Shown: positions 24,072 through 38,000 of the stretch, in pieces
How the letters are laid out: each line of letters begins with the position of its first letter
Numbering within the stretch: the first letter of the stretch is position 1
Source: Eledone cirrhosa
Taxonomy: Eukaryota
Direction of reading: 5' to 3'
DNA: 64,000 nt
Assembly (NCBI GenBank): GCA_964016885.1
Contig: OZ024749.1
Coordinates: 11,594,001 to 11,658,000, forward strand
Translations under genes and position numbers: made by a program
Notes under the pieces: model-generated
Database searches by the model: none
What the model was told of the DNA's origin: nothing
What the model saw: the letters and a program-made list of their open reading frames with translations, nothing else

Positions 24072-25081
24072 GTGTTACCAAGAGCTCTTCTCCTTTGAAG
24101 TCGTCTCTGATGAATCATTTCAAATCAACTCCTAAAAATCAAACAATGATATCTTCTAAGAAAAGATCTGCTAAATTACAATCAAAACATTCAAGCAAGA
24201 AAACATGCTTTTCTTTTAACCGATCTAGCAAGAAAACATGCCTTTCTTCCAATCGATCTCGCAAGAAAACATACCTTTCTTCTAATCGATCTCGTAAGAA
24301 ACAATCCCGTTCTTCCAATCGATCTCGTAAGAAACAATCCCTTTCTTCCAATCGATCTCATAAGAAACAATCCCTTTCTTCCAACCAATCTCGCAAGAAA
24401 AGATGGTTTTATTCAGTACGTTTTCGCAAAAATAAGCAGGCTTCAACTAAAACACCAACCAGATCTTCTCCCAGGCTATCATCCATGAAAAAGATATCAA
24501 CTAAGGCTGTGTCCAATGAAATTCGGTGCACATCAGCAAAAACACCAGTCAGACAGTCTCCCAGAATATTAGCTAAGGCAACCACCACCCTCACCCCCAC
24601 CAACACCAAACAGTCATCTAAAAGACATGTTTCAATGTCTTTAATGAATTCTCCTAAAGCTCTCAAAAGGTCTTCTTCTAAGTCATTGGCCAGTGTGTCA
24701 AATAAAACAACTGCCAAAAGAAGAGCAATGTCCACTATATCTAATACAGTTCCTATAAACCGTTATGTCACTCAAAATCCACAGTCAATTAACAATCTTT
24801 CAGAAAATTCATTAATCCCATCAAAAAATGTTTCTAATTCTGATGATTCAAACAGGTTGCCAACTTCTAATCACTGTGAAAATTCCCAACTCATTAATAA
24901 TAATCAAAATCAACCACAAGCACAATTTTCATGTCCAATGGTAAATTGTAAAAGAAAATTCTCTTCCAGTGAAAATCTCTACAATCACATTTATATTTTG
25001 GGTCATAATTCATGTTTGCCTAGCTCTATGAATATATTTCTCACTCACTACATATGTCCAAAATGTAGGAAAGAATTTAAG
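24072..25081 (+). CDS. ZNF451: ZNF451-like exon 4 (S/K/R-rich region, 11-aa repeats, C2H2 finger CPMVNC..H....H, CPKC)
   Basis: TTGCAG acceptor in phase 1, AAG|GTAAGT donor, 1010 nt open. Confidence 0.88.
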
Positions 25082-25799
25082 GTAAGTTATTTTCTTTAAC
25101 CCTTTCCTTACCATATTTCTAATAAGTGTTCCAGTAAATTTTTAAACTAATAAAACATTTGGAGGTACAATAATATCAAAATGTTTCATTAGTAAGCTGT
25201 TTACTTAACCAAATATTTCTTACATACTTTACATCATAATTTTACATCTGAACATTTTAAAATGAGCAGGTTCAGCCAGATTGATACCAAAAGGGAATCT
25301 TTTGATGCAAAACTACCTGGAACATCTGGTTCTATGATGCAAAGCTGTTTTAACCCTTTTGTTAGATTTCTAATAGGAAATAATGCCCCCCCCCTCCCTA
25401 TTTTAAAACCATTTTGAAAATAGTCAGGAATTTGAAGGGATTTAGTAATATAATTACCTTTCTTATTAAGATAGTGTCTGGAGCATTGCTTAACAAAGGT
25501 TTTAACATAGAATTATGATAGTTTTTTTAATATAAATATAAAACACTTCAAAACAAATAACTTGTATCTTAACTCGAGTATGATATTGAGTACTCATGTG
25601 ACTGTTAGTACTATGGGGGTACGGAAAAATGGATGCAAAAAGGATGATGATGAAGATATATACATCATCTTTTTATGTCTGCTTTCCAAGCAGTGTACCT
25701 ATTCCAGGCTAAACACAGCAATATGCATGAGTCCGGGGCCAAAATATAAAATTTTCTACCCACACAAAATCGTTTTTCTCACTAGTTAATGTATTAGTG

Positions 25800-27070
25800 T
25801 ACACTCTACCTCCTACTCTCAGCCTCCCTGCGTGCTAAGGACACGTGATGTCTAGCTTCTCTCATAGTGGCTGTATATCCTTCTCTACTCACACCATTTT
25901 TCCAATCATTCCATGCTAGTCTTTTGTCTCTAATGGCCCTATCTACCATGCTGTTCCACCACCAGGTCACTTTCTATAGCCTGCAGTAAGTTGTCACGTA
26001 AGAAATTCCAGTTATTATCTGTCATACGTCTCTAAATCATCGTCTTTTTCATCATACACATCTTGAAGGGCTTTCCTAAATTTGTATTTTAGTGAAAGGT
26101 CTTTTAGCTTCCAGACCTTTCTTCTCCACACCTTCCTGTATGTCTCATTTCGTCTCTTGATTACTGAAATGTCACTAACGACTAACCTATGCTGTTGGGT
26201 ACATTCTTCCCCGGGGTATGCCTTGGTATTTGACACCATCTGTCTCGCTCCCTAACTAGCAAGAAGTCTATCTGGCTTATGTGCTCGACTGATTTGTAGG
26301 TTATTAGGTGGTTGACAGGTTTCTGAAAGTTAGTGTGCAAATGGTTAGTGCACTTGCATCACAAAATTCAAGAAGTCTCACTCCTTCATTTCTTGAGCCG
26401 TAACCGTGCCCACCATGTACTCCAGTGTAACCATCCTGGAGCTGTCCAACATGACCATTGAAGTCCCCTGTTAGCATAACGATGTCTCCGTCCTCTGTCA
26501 TTGCGGCTGTTTGTAAAAGTTGCTCGTAAAAGCAGTCTTTCTCTTCTTTGCCTAGGCCTGCCTGGAGAGTATAGGCAGAGATGATTGTCAGTAGTCTCTT
26601 GCCTACAACTAATCTAAGCTTAATTATTCGATTACTAACTCGAACTACCTCTATTGTCTTATCGATACATCTCTCAGCCAGGAAAATGCCCACCCCACCT
26701 AACCCAACATCATTACCCAACTAAAAAAGCTTATAACTAAGATGTTTGCCTGAGATTAGTCTCGCAGAGGCACCTCTCCATCTCACCTCTTGCACGCAGC
26801 ACACATCCACATGCCTTCTCTCCAGCATCTCCACTATTTCACCAGATCTACCCGAGAGAGTGCCAACATTAAGTGTTGCAACTCTGAGATACAACATCTT
26901 CATATTCTTGTTCCTTTTCCTGTTCCTGTAGTGCGATTGGTTGATGATGGTCGGGGGTTTCTCACACATGGCCTCACCAGCCACCCCACTACCATGCGCA
27001 GTCCTAACATGGTTAGTGTTATTGCTGTTAACGCAGTTGTTGCAATTCTCATTTGTTGTGCTCATAGTGT
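25800..27070 (-). mobile_element. RTE LINE 5' part (APE endonuclease), decayed
   Basis: ATLNVGTL, VCCVQEVRW, GVGIFL, GDFNGHVG, QHRLVVSD. Confidence 0.88.
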
Positions 27071-27543
27071 TTGGCAGTAGTATATATACTGGTTGGATGC
27101 CTTCCTAACACCAGCACCACTTTACAGCATCGACTGGGTGCTTTTATTCGTGCCACCAGCACTAGGGAAGTTGTCTTACTGGACTTAGGGGACTTCTCTA
27201 CCCCGCACCTATTTATTCGGAGTGGTAGCTCTCCTAGACGGGTAGCCTACATTACAGCTTACAGAGCCTCCATTCGCCCCTTGTCTATTCTATGATATAT
27301 TCACGAGGGAGTGGTTATCATACAGCGTCAAGCATATATTCTGAATATGGTGGAGGTTGGGCAAGTGAGAACCGTAATGGCTGATACGTAGAATTTTTAA
27401 CACAGTTTATAAGTCACATACATATATAACACCCCCCCCCCCCCCCCCATGAAGCTTTCACAATCGTACAAGCCGTTACACATACTATTTCAACATAATT
27501 TTGGAGATATAAAAAAATGAACACCTATCTTTACGAAGTCCAC

Positions 27544-27577
<34 letters not shown>

Positions 27578-27594
27578 TGTGTATTTATGATATC

Positions 27595-29385
27595 AACATC
27601 ATCATCATCGTTTAACATCCATCTTCCATGCTTGCATGGGTTTGGACGGGAGTTTTCCCATTTGAGGCAAGATTGGTTGTCCTGCTCGTATAGGACTGTC
27701 TGGCGGGTTTTCTACGGCTGGATGCCCTTCCTAACACCAACCACGTTTACAGTGTGGACTGGGAGGTTTTTACCGTGTTACCTACACGGCCACATTACAG
27801 CGTGGGCTGTGTGTTTTTTTTGTCCTGACACCTACACGACCTCATTTGTTTAGGACTGGATGTTGAGGTACCAACATAACTTTACATTTAAGGGGGTGGT
27901 GTGGATGGGGTGGGGGTAGTGGGACAGGGGTGTATTTTGTTAGAGGTGCCTACTGACTGTAGGTTTCGCTTTGTACTTAGGCAAGGCGGGTCTTCTGTAC
28001 AACTGTGTAGCGCCAAAGATCTCAGTCCAGTGACATTGTCTTGGAGAGGTGTAAGTGTGTGAGGTTGGAATTTATCAAGTCGTCCCAGGTTTTTCTGGGT
28101 CTGCCTACTCTGTGGCTACCGTCTATTTTTATCGTTCTGCACTTTTTTATACAGCTGTCGTCTTTCATGCGCATCACGTGACCATACCAACATAGTCTTC
28201 TCTCGAGTAAACAACATCGGATCCCTCTTATTCCTAATTTCTCCCTTAGTTCGTTTATGCTTTGCCGTTCACGTATATTACTTTTACACATCCAGCGGAG
28301 CATGCAAGCTTCGTTTCTCTCCAGTCTGCGTATATCCTCTGCACACAATGCCCAAGTCTCACTGCCATGCAGCATTGCCGTTCGTATGCAGGCATCATAC
28401 AGCCTGCCTTTCATTTTTAGAGAGAACCCTTTAGCGGCCAATAGTGGTATAAGCTCTCTGAACTTTTTCCATCCCGTTCTGACTCTAGCTACTGTACTTT
28501 CAGAGCACCCTCCCCCACTGCTGATTTTGTCACCCAGGTAATGGAAGCTGTCCACTATTTCTATAGAATCATCTGTGCAATGGAATGAGCTAGTATTCTG
28601 TGGGCACTTGCTGCTACTTATTGCACCAGAGCACCGGCCACATATAAAATCTATATTCTTAGTTAGCTGTGATCCCACTACATCTTTTATGCACCCATAC
28701 TTTGCATTTGGGACATAAAATGGAGTTTCTGCCTACTCCTTTCCTACACACTGAGCATGGCCATTTCCCAGATGGGACTGGTGCCCTATTTTCCTTTCTA
28801 CAAACTAGAACTTTAGTCTTAGACAAGTTAACTTTAAGGCCTTTTGATTCTAGGCTATGCTTCCATGTTTGGAATTTCTTCTCTAGTTCAGCCATTGATT
28901 CAGCTATGAGCGTTAGATCATCTGCATATAGGAGTTCCCATGGGCAGCCGGTCTTGAACTCCTCTGTTATAGCCTGAAGAGCAATAATAAATAGTAGGGG
29001 GCTAAGGACGGAGCCCTGATGAACACCAACTTTTACGCTAAACTCTTCACTATATTCGTTGTTAATTCTAACCTTGCTGACTGTTTCTTTAAACATGGCT
29101 TGTATAGCTCTCACAAGCCATTCATCAGCACCTAGTTTTCTAAGGGCCCACCAGATAATCGAGCGGGGTACTCTGTCAAAGGCTTTCTCCAAGTCAACAA
29201 AAGCTAAGTATAGGGGTTTACTTTTAGCTAGGTACTTCTCCTGTAGTTGTCATACAATGAAAAGAGCGTCTGTTGTACTTTTACCTGACACAAACCCAAA
29301 CTGCATTTCGTCTAGATCAATTCTCTCTCTGATTAGTTGCGCTATTACTTTTTCTGTGAACTTCATGACCTGGTCAATTAATTTA
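27595..29385 (-). mobile_element. 5'-truncated RTE LINE with PHD-like insert and (GAT)n tail
   Basis: EKAFDRVP, QGSVLSPLLF, LLYADD. One frameshift near 28660. Highly similar to 56770-58580. Confidence 0.93.
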
Positions 29386-29398
29386 ATATATATATATA

Positions 29399-29677
29399 TA
29401 GTTATGTAATAAACAACATAAGGCAATTATTTCATTTACCAGTGGTTTCTTAAAAGCAAAAAAATTTTGCTTTCAATCATCAGAATGAAAAAATCCTGGT
29501 GTATTTATTGGCGTTGGATTTTAAAATCCAACGCCAATAAATACACCAGGATTTTTTGCTTTTAAGAAACCACTGGTAAATGAAATAATTGCCTTATGTT
29601 GTTTATTACATAACTATTAAGCTCTGTTACCTACATAGAGCACTCTTTTCTCCTGGACTTTTCCGACGGAATTGCTT
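29399..29677 (+). mobile_element. Fold-back hammerhead element (centre GGATTTTAAAATCC 29516-29529); the + arm lacks the ribozyme core
   Basis: Palindrome 29399-29616 with a deletion in the right arm; GAGCACT at 29638-29644; TTCCG-A-CGGAA hairpin; (TA)n flanks. Confidence 0.82.
29430..29490 (-). ncRNA. Type I hammerhead ribozyme
   Basis: TTTCATT-CTGATGA-TTGAAAGCAAAA..TTTTGCTTTTAA-GAAA-CC-ACT-GG-TA^-AATGAAA. Confidence 0.85.
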
Positions 29678-29697
29678 TATATATATATATATATATT

Positions 29698-31225
29698 TAT
29701 CATTAGTATAAGGGAACAAAGAATCAGTGTTACATCATAACACATTTAATAACATATTACATATGTTTCACTGTCGATCAGCTCAAGGAACGATCTGTTA
29801 GTGATTGAACCTGACTCTGGAATTGAAAGCTCCTCAGATATACTTCAATATACAAGCTTATCTCTGATAGTGTATGAATACCTCCCAATTCTGACCACCT
29901 TGCCTCTGATAGTGTATGAATACCTCCCAATTCCTTCTTATATTTACCACATTCCAGCAACGCGGTATTCATCCGGTCAAATCGTTGCGTGCATTCATGC
30001 ATGCTGAACTGTCTGCCTGTCTTCCACAGCTACAATTGTTTGAAGTCCTCGTTAGGTGATAAGTCAAAACTAGGATGCATTGGTGGTGACAAGTAAGGGG
30101 AAAGAGGAACATTATACTATGGATATAATAAAAAAACAAGACATATAGAACGTACCCACACATGCTGGCATGCTATGAGCATACAATATAGATGTATATA
30201 CCCAAATAAAAATGGAAATAAAACAATAAAAACATAATAATTGTTTCTACTTTTGGCACAAGGCCAGCAATTACCCAGTACATTACTGGTACTTTATTTT
30301 ATCGACCCCGTAAGGATGAAAGGCAAAGCTAACCTCGACGGGATTTGAACTCAGACCGTAAAGGGACGTAACTATGCTGGAAAGCATGGCGTCCGACTCT
30401 TCCAATACTGCCAAAAAGTAAAATAATGCATACATATGTATACGTGCGAAAGTTACACATGCAACCCCACACACAAATGTATAAGATGCACATATGATGC
30501 CATACTAGCACATTATAAATGAAACGTGCTGCATTACACATAATGTAATAAAGGTGGGTCATTTAGAGAAGGGACAAGTGTCATGAAATTTAGGATTATA
30601 CAAACAGAATGGGTGGATGAGATAGCGGATCCCAGATAGATCATCATCACCGTTTTACGTCCGTTCTTCCATGCTAGCATGGGTTAGACGGGTTGTCCTG
30701 TTATGGGCAGTGTCCGGTCGGCTGACAATGCCTTGCTCATATGGGAACTGATTCTGGCTTGATTTCTACAGCTGGATGCCCTTCCTAACACCAACCTCAT
30801 TTACAGTGAGTGCTGGGTCCTTTTTTTCCATGGCGCCTACACGTCCACTTTACGGTGTGGGCTGGGTGCTTTTTTTTGCCGTGGCACCTCCACGACCACT
30901 TTGCAGTGGAATGATAGGATCCCAGTTCTATAATCTCATTTCTACAGTTGAGTAAACTAGAGCAATGTGAAGTAAAGTGTCTTGCTCAATGTATGTATAT
31001 ATATGTGTGAATGTTTGCATATGTATCTTTTGATTCCAGAGTCAGATTCGATCACTAATAGATCGTTCCTCGAGCTGAGCGACAGTGAAACATATGTAAT
31101 ATTTTATGATGCACCACCGATTCTTTGTTCCTTTATTCTAATACTATTGATACTCTGCTCGCAAAGGGCATCGAGTGCTCACCGGGCATACCACCTACGG
31201 ATGCAATTATCTTGCGCCCCTAGAC

Positions 31226-31228
<3 letters not shown>
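29698..31228 (+). mobile_element. Older family A-type inverted pLTR pair (arms ~29700-29830 and 31028-31143) with two SINEs inside
   Basis: Diverged inverted arms. The - arm has CTGAGGA (29831-29837)...GAAA-CATATGTA. GAGTGCT at 31173-31179. Ends at (CA)n. Confidence 0.6.
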
Positions 31229-31266
<38 letters not shown>

Positions 31267-31286
31267 TACATACATACATACATTCA

Positions 31287-31385
31287 CAGTGTGTTCCAAA
31301 AAGGAATGCACACACCAAGAGCATTCTACTAAATATTGCCTGTACAGGTAATCAAAATGTGTATATATTATTTTGGGACCCCCTG
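31287..31385. mobile_element. Tiny Tc1/mariner-like MITE
   Basis: Imperfect TIRs CAGTGTGTTCCAAAA / TTTTGGGACCCCCTG followed by TA. Confidence 0.4.
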
Positions 31386-32015
31386 TATATCTGTATGCAG
31401 CTGAGAGAAAAGAGAACTGAATGCTGAAGTAGAGTTTAAATATTCATTTTATTAACCCTTTAATGTTCAAACCGGCCAAAACCGGCCAGAATTCTCTACC
31501 TCTTTCTGTTGAAACTGGCTGTAACTGATCGTTCATACTGATGTTAAAGTATTGTTCTCAAAATAAATACTTTCAAAATCTCATAGATTCGATATTATGT
31601 GAGATAATTATGTGAGGTAAAGCCTTTACCATGAAAATATAATAATATATATAGAGTAATGTGAATGTTATGTGAGGTAATTATGCGAGGTAAAACCTTT
31701 ACCATAAAAATATAATAGTATATATAGAGTAATGTGAATACTAAAGGGTTAAGGCTAACTATTCAGTCTTGCTTTTCACAGGGTTATCAGACAACAACTA
31801 AAATGATTTTAGTTGTTGTCTGACAACCATATGATAAACAGGCAGGACTCATTAGTTAGCTGTAATAATTTGAACATACATACATGCACACACACACACA
31901 CACATTTAGTTTTGCTTTTCTGTTGAATAATTTATGTAAATTTTAGTATTATAGGCTTATTCTCTCTCATATGTACTTTTTTTTATTTAATGCTTGATAT
32001 GCTTTTATTTTACAG

Positions 32016-32593
32016 AAAGACATATTTTTTAATTATCTTGAAAACATAACCTGCTCAAGTTGCCAGCAAATATTTCGTAACGGTCTCAATGAAATTATTG
32101 GTGAGATACATCAATGTGTTTCCAGCAAAAGTGGAGATTTTTTGAAGTCAGATTACAAATGTTTTCGAGAGTTCATTTTGCGAAGCAGTTTACATCTTCA
32201 TATGTTACATGCACGTAGCACACCTTCTCAAAAGTCCGACAACAACCACCTTTATGAGATTTTAAAAACACATTCACAAAGATATTTACTTTCAAAAGAA
32301 AGCAGTGCGAGTTCAAGTAATTTTGCCTGCAATAATAATAATAATGGGTTATTAAAACCATCTCCATTTGGTTGTGAACAGTTTAAGCCACCTCTTATAT
32401 TGGATACACGGAATCTGGATTGTTACAGAGAAAAGAGTGAGTTTATATGTAAGCTGAAACAAATGAAACATATTATTTTTGTGGACTTAGATAACTGGAC
32501 TGGTCTTTTCAAACGTATCCATCACTTCTTCCCCAAAGAAACTTTTCTTTGGGTTTTTTATGGTGCTAAAACAAAATGGTATCCACCAAACAG
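32016..32593 (+). CDS. ZNF451: ZNF451-like exon 5 (Cys/His motifs and start of the PIN domain HIIFVDLDNW..TFLWVFYG..W.PP)
   Basis: TTTTACAG acceptor phase 0, AG|GTTAGT donor phase 2. Matches vertebrate ZNF451 HIVFVDFDNW..TFIWGFQG..WKPP as recalled. Confidence 0.9.
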
Positions 32594-32624
32594 GTTAGTT
32601 ATTTGGATTTTCTTTTATAAATGC

Positions 32625-33120
32625 CCACACTTTAAAGTGTTAGTGCTGGTACCACAATAAAATATACCTAGTCCACTCTGTAAAGTGTTAGTGCTGGTAC
32701 CACAATAAAATACACCTAGTCCACTCTGTAAAGTGTTAGCGTTGGTACCACAATAAAATACACCTAGTCCACTCTGTAAAGTGTTAGTGCTGGTACCACA
32801 ATAAAATACACCTAGTACACTCTGTAAAGTGTTAGCGTTGGTACCACAATAAAATACGCCTAGTCCACTCTGTAAAGTGTTAGTGCTGGTACCACAATAA
32901 AATACACCTAGTACACTCTGTAAAGTGTTAGTGCTGGTACCACAATAAAATACACCCAGTCCACTCTGTAAAGTGTTAGCGTTGGTACCACAATAAAATA
33001 CACCTAGTCCACTCTGTAAAGTGTTAGTGCTGGTACCACAATAAAATACACCTAGTACACTCTGTAAAGTGTTAGTGCTGGTACCACAATAAAATACACC
33101 CAGTCCACTCTGTAAAGTAC
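32625..33120. repeat. 48-bp minisatellite (~10 units) derived from the SINE/RTE tail unit
   Basis: CACTCTGTAAAGTGTTAGTGCTGGTACCACAATAAAATACACCTAGTC tandem array. Confidence 0.9.
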
Positions 33121-34226
33121 AGTCTGAAAAGTTGTGCTGGTGCCATGAAAAATGCACCCAGTACACTCTGTTAATTGACTGGCATTAGTAAAGGGTATAC
33201 AGCTGTAGAAACCATGCTAAATATCGAACATGTAGGCTAGACATGGTTCCTTAATCATTCTAGTCTGTAACCATGGCAACCATTCCAACCCATGACAACA
33301 TGGAAAACTGATGTGATGATGATGTGGGGAAATGAAAGTTGGTGATAGCCATACTTACTAATGTTGTGGGTCATCTAGGATGGGATGACTTGGCTCCAGC
33401 CATGGAATTCAGTTGACAGAGGCTGTCCAGGCATGGCTGTCACACATGTCCACAGTTGACTGATTGTCCATGGGAACTTTTTTACACGGATGATCTGGTC
33501 CTTATACCTGAATCCATTAAATAACTAGAGAATAAGTTCCGACTATGGAAACAGAATTTGGAATCAAAAGGTCTGAGAGTAAACTTAACTGAAACTAAAG
33601 TGCTTGTAAGTAGGAAAGAATGTGACTCAGATAATTGTTTCTACTTTAGGCACAAGGCCAGCAATTACCCAGTGCATTACTGGTACTTTATTTTATCGAC
33701 CCCATAAGGATGAATGTGACTCAGATAATGTCAGCCAGTCATGATTACAATGCTGGACAACAACATATGTAGCTGTCAGTGATCTCTGACAGGTTAGCTG
33801 GTCACTAAACAATGATGGACATCAACTCCTCCACAGCATCATGGACAGAAGCTGCCCATGCATGGCTATCAGACTTCTATCATGGAGTCAACTAGATATA
33901 TATATCATCGTCGTTACCATTTAACGTTTTATTTTTCCACGCTTGCATCGGTTAGACGGGTCATCCACTAGACAAGTCCAGCCAGTTGGCTGTGCTGCGC
34001 CTATATATATGAAGACCAGATATTAATGCAAGATTCAACTGTCCAGCTAGTCTTTTACACCATCCCAAGAGGGAGGAACTTTAGCATGACTACGTCGCAA
34101 ATTAGTTCACATTGGAGGTGGTTGAGTGTATGACCAAATCACCAGAAATAATTTTTGAGTAGGTATTGTTGGAGGGATGATGAATTTCAGAGTTTACAAG
34201 AAAAAATAACTGTCTTCTATTTTCAG

Positions 34227-34323
34227 CAAGATTTATAAGAAGTTGGTACAAGATGGTTGCTTCTTTCTTAATCCCAAAAGTGGTAGTACAAAACAAGCAG
34301 CTGATTTTGCTATTGTTCTTCAT
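34227..34323 (+). CDS. ZNF451: ZNF451-like exon 6 (SKIYKKLVQDGCFFLNPKSGSTKQAADFAIVLH)
   Basis: TTTTCAG acceptor phase 2, GTAAGT donor phase 0. Matches ZNF451 KIY..L..GCFFL.P....K.AADFAI..H. Confidence 0.92.
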
Positions 34324-34399
34324 GTAAGTAACACTATTTTCAGCTTTCAAATGGCTTAAAATGTCTAGTATTGTGCTGGAGTGGAATAAGAGTGAGGGC

Positions 34400-34952
34400 C
34401 ATCTTAACATATTACAGCCCTCGGCGAAAAATAATAGAGTCAGGGACATCTTAACATATTACAGCCCTCGGCGAAAAATAATAGAGTCAGGGACATCTTA
34501 ACATATTACAGCCCTCGGCGAAAAATAATAGAGTCAGGGACATCTTAACATATTACAGCCCTCGGCGAAAAATAATAGAGTCAGGGACATCTTAACATAT
34601 TACAGCCCTCGGCGAAAAATAATAGAGTCAGGGACATCTTAACATATTACAGCCCTCGGCGAAAAATAATAGAGTCAGGGACATCTTAACATATTACAGC
34701 CCTCGGCGAAAAATAATAGAGTCAGGGACATCTTAACATATTACAGCCCTCGGCGAAAAATAATAGAGTCAGGGACATCTTAACATATTACAGCCCTCGG
34801 CGAAAAATAATAGAGTCAGGGACATCTTAACATATTACAGCCCTCGGCGAAAAATAATAGAGTCAGGGACATCTTAACATATTACAGCCCTCGGCGAAAA
34901 ATAATAGAGTCAGGGACATCTTAACATATTACAGCCCTCGGCGAAAAATAAT
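34400..34952. repeat. 47-bp tandem repeat, ~11.7 identical copies
   Basis: CATCTTAACATATTACAGCCCTCGGCGAAAAATAATAGAGTCAGGGA. Confidence 0.97.
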
Positions 34953-35019
34953 GCACTGGACCGACTACATTTACAATCACAGTGTACATACATTAGAAGG
35001 GAAACCCTAGATCTGGTGG

Positions 35020-38000
35020 CCCCTCATGACACTGTCCAATGGACCTCATGTCACTGTCCAATGGACCTCATGTCACTGTCCAGTGTCCCCTCATGTCACT
35101 GTCCAATGGACCTCATGTCACTGTCCAGTGGACCTCATGTCACTGTCCAGTGGACCTCATGTCACTGTCCAGTGTCCCCTCATGTCACTGTCCAGTGGAC
35201 CTCATGTCACTGTCCAGTGGACCTCATGTCACTGTCCAATGGACCTCATGTCACTGTCCAGTGTCCCCTCATGTCACTGTCCAGTGTCCCCTCATGTCAC
35301 TGTCCAGTGGACCTCATGTCACTGTCCAGTGTCCCCTCATGTCACTGTCCAGTGGACCTCATGTCACTGTCCAGTGTCCCCTCATGTCACTGTCCAGTGG
35401 ACCTCATGTCACTGTCCAATGGACCTCATGTCACTGTCCAATGGACCTCATGTCACTGTCCAGTGGACCTCATGTCATTGTCCAATGGACCTCATGTCAC
35501 TGTCCAATGGACCTCATGTCACTGTCCAATGGACCTCATGTCACTGTCCAGTGGACCTCATGTCACTGTCCAATGGACCTCATGTCACTGTCCAATGGAC
35601 CTCATGTCACTGTCCAATGGACCTCATGTCACTGTCCAGTGTCCCCTCATGTCACTGTCCAGTGGACCTCATGTCACTGTCCAGTGTCCCCTCATGTCAC
35701 TGTCCAGTGGACCTCATGTCACTGTCCAATGGACCTCATGTCACTGTCCAATGGACCTCATGTCACTGTCCAGTGGACCTCATGTCACTGTCCAGTGTCC
35801 CCTCATGTCACTGTCCAGTGTCCCCTCATGTCACTGTCCAGTGGACCTCATGTCACTGTCCAGTGTCCCCTCATGTCACTGTCCAGTGGACCTCATGTCA
35901 CTGTCCAGTGTCCCCTCATGTCACTGTCCAGTGTCCCCTCATGTCACTGTCCAGTGGACCTCATGTCACTGTCCAGTGTCCCCTCATGTCACTGTCCAGT
36001 GGACCTCATGTCACTGTCCAGTGTCCCCTCATGTCACTGTCCAGTGTCCCCTCATGTCACTGTCCAGTGTCCCCTCATGTCACTGTCCAGTGGACCTCAT
36101 GTCACTGTCCAGTGTCCCCTCATGTCACTGTCCAGTGGACCTCATGTCACTGTCCAGTGTCCCCTCATGTCACTGTCCAGTGGACCTCATGTCACTGTCC
36201 AATGGACCTCATGTCACTGTCCAATGGACCTCATGTCACTGTCCAGTGGACCTCATGTCACTGTCCAGTGTCCCCTCATGTCACTGTCCAGTGTCCCCTC
36301 ATGTCACTGTCCAGTGTCCCCTCATGTCACTGTCCAATGGACCTCATGTCACTGTCCAGTGGACCTCATGTCACTGTCCAGTGGACCTCATGTCACTGTC
36401 CAATGGACCTCATGTCACTGTCCAATGGACCTCATGTCACTGTCCAGTGTCCCCTCATGTCACTGTCCAGTGTCCCCTCATGTCACTGTCCAGTGTCCCC
36501 TCATGTCACTGTCCAATGGACCTCATGTCACTGTCCAGTGGACCTCATGTCACTGTCCAGTGGACCTCATGTCACTGTCCAGTGGACCTCATGTCACTGT
36601 CCAATGGACCTCATGTCACTGTCCAGTGTCCCCTCATGTCACTGTCCAGTGTCCCCTCATGTCACTGTCCAGTGGACCTCATGTCACTGTCCAGTGTCCC
36701 CTCATGTCACTGTCCAGTGTCCCCTCATGTCACTGTCCAATGGACCTCATGTCACTGTCCAGTGTCCCCTCATGTCACTGTCCAGTGTCCCCTCATGTCA
36801 CTGTCCAGTGTCCCCTCATGTCACTGTCCAGTGTCCCCTCATGTCACTGTCCAATGGACCTCATGTCACTGTCCAGTGTCCCCTCATGTCACTGTCCAGT
36901 GTCCCCTCATGTCACTGTCCAGTGGACCTCATGTCACTGTCCAATGGACCTCATGTCACTGTCCAGTGTCCCCTCATGTCACTGTCCAGTGGACCTCATG
37001 TCACTGTCCAATGGACCTCATGTCACTGTCCAATGGACCTCATGTCACTGTCCAGTGTCCCCTCATGTCACTGTCCAGTGTCCCCTCATGTCACTGTCCA
37101 GTGGACCTCATGTCACTGTCCAATGGACCTCATGTCACTGTCCAGTGTCCCCTCATGTCACTGTCCAGTGTCCCCTCATGTCACTGTCCAATGGACCTCA
37201 TGTCACTGTCCAGTGTCCCCTCATGTCACTGTCCAGTGTCCCCTCATGTCACTGTCCAGTGTCCCCTCATGTCACTGTCCAGTGTCCCCTCATGTCACTG
37301 TCCAGTGGACCTCATGTCACTGTCCAATGGACCTCATGTCACTGTCCAGTGTCCCCTCATGTCACTGTCCAGTGTCCCCTCATGTCACTGTCCAGTGGAC
37401 CTCATGTCACTGTCCAATGGACCTCATGTCACTGTCCAGTGTCCCCTCATGTCACTGTCCAGTGTCCCCTCATGTCACTGTCCAGTGGACCTCATGTCAC
37501 TGTCCAGTGTCCCCTCATGTCACTGTCCAGTGTCCCCTCATGTCACTGTCCAATGGACCTCATGTCACTGTCCAGTGTCCCCTCATGTCACTGTCCAGTG
37601 TCCCCTCATGTCACTGTCCAGTGTCCCCTCATGTCACTGTCCAGTGTCCCCTCATGTCACTGTCCAATGGACCTCATGTCACTGTCCAGTGTCCCCTCAT
37701 GTCACTGTCCAGTGTCCCCTCATGTCACTGTCCAGTGGACCTCATGTCACTGTCCAATGGACCTCATGTCACTGTCCAGTGTCCCCTCATGTCACTGTCC
37801 AGTGGACCTCATGTCACTGTCCAATGGACCTCATGTCACTGTCCAATGGACCTCATGTCACTGTCCAGTGTCCCCTCATGTCACTGTCCAGTGTCCCCTC
37901 ATGTCACTGTCCAGTGGACCTCATGTCACTGTCCAATGGACCTCATGTCACTGTCCAGTGTCCCCTCATGTCACTGTCCAGTGTCCCCTCATGTCACTGT

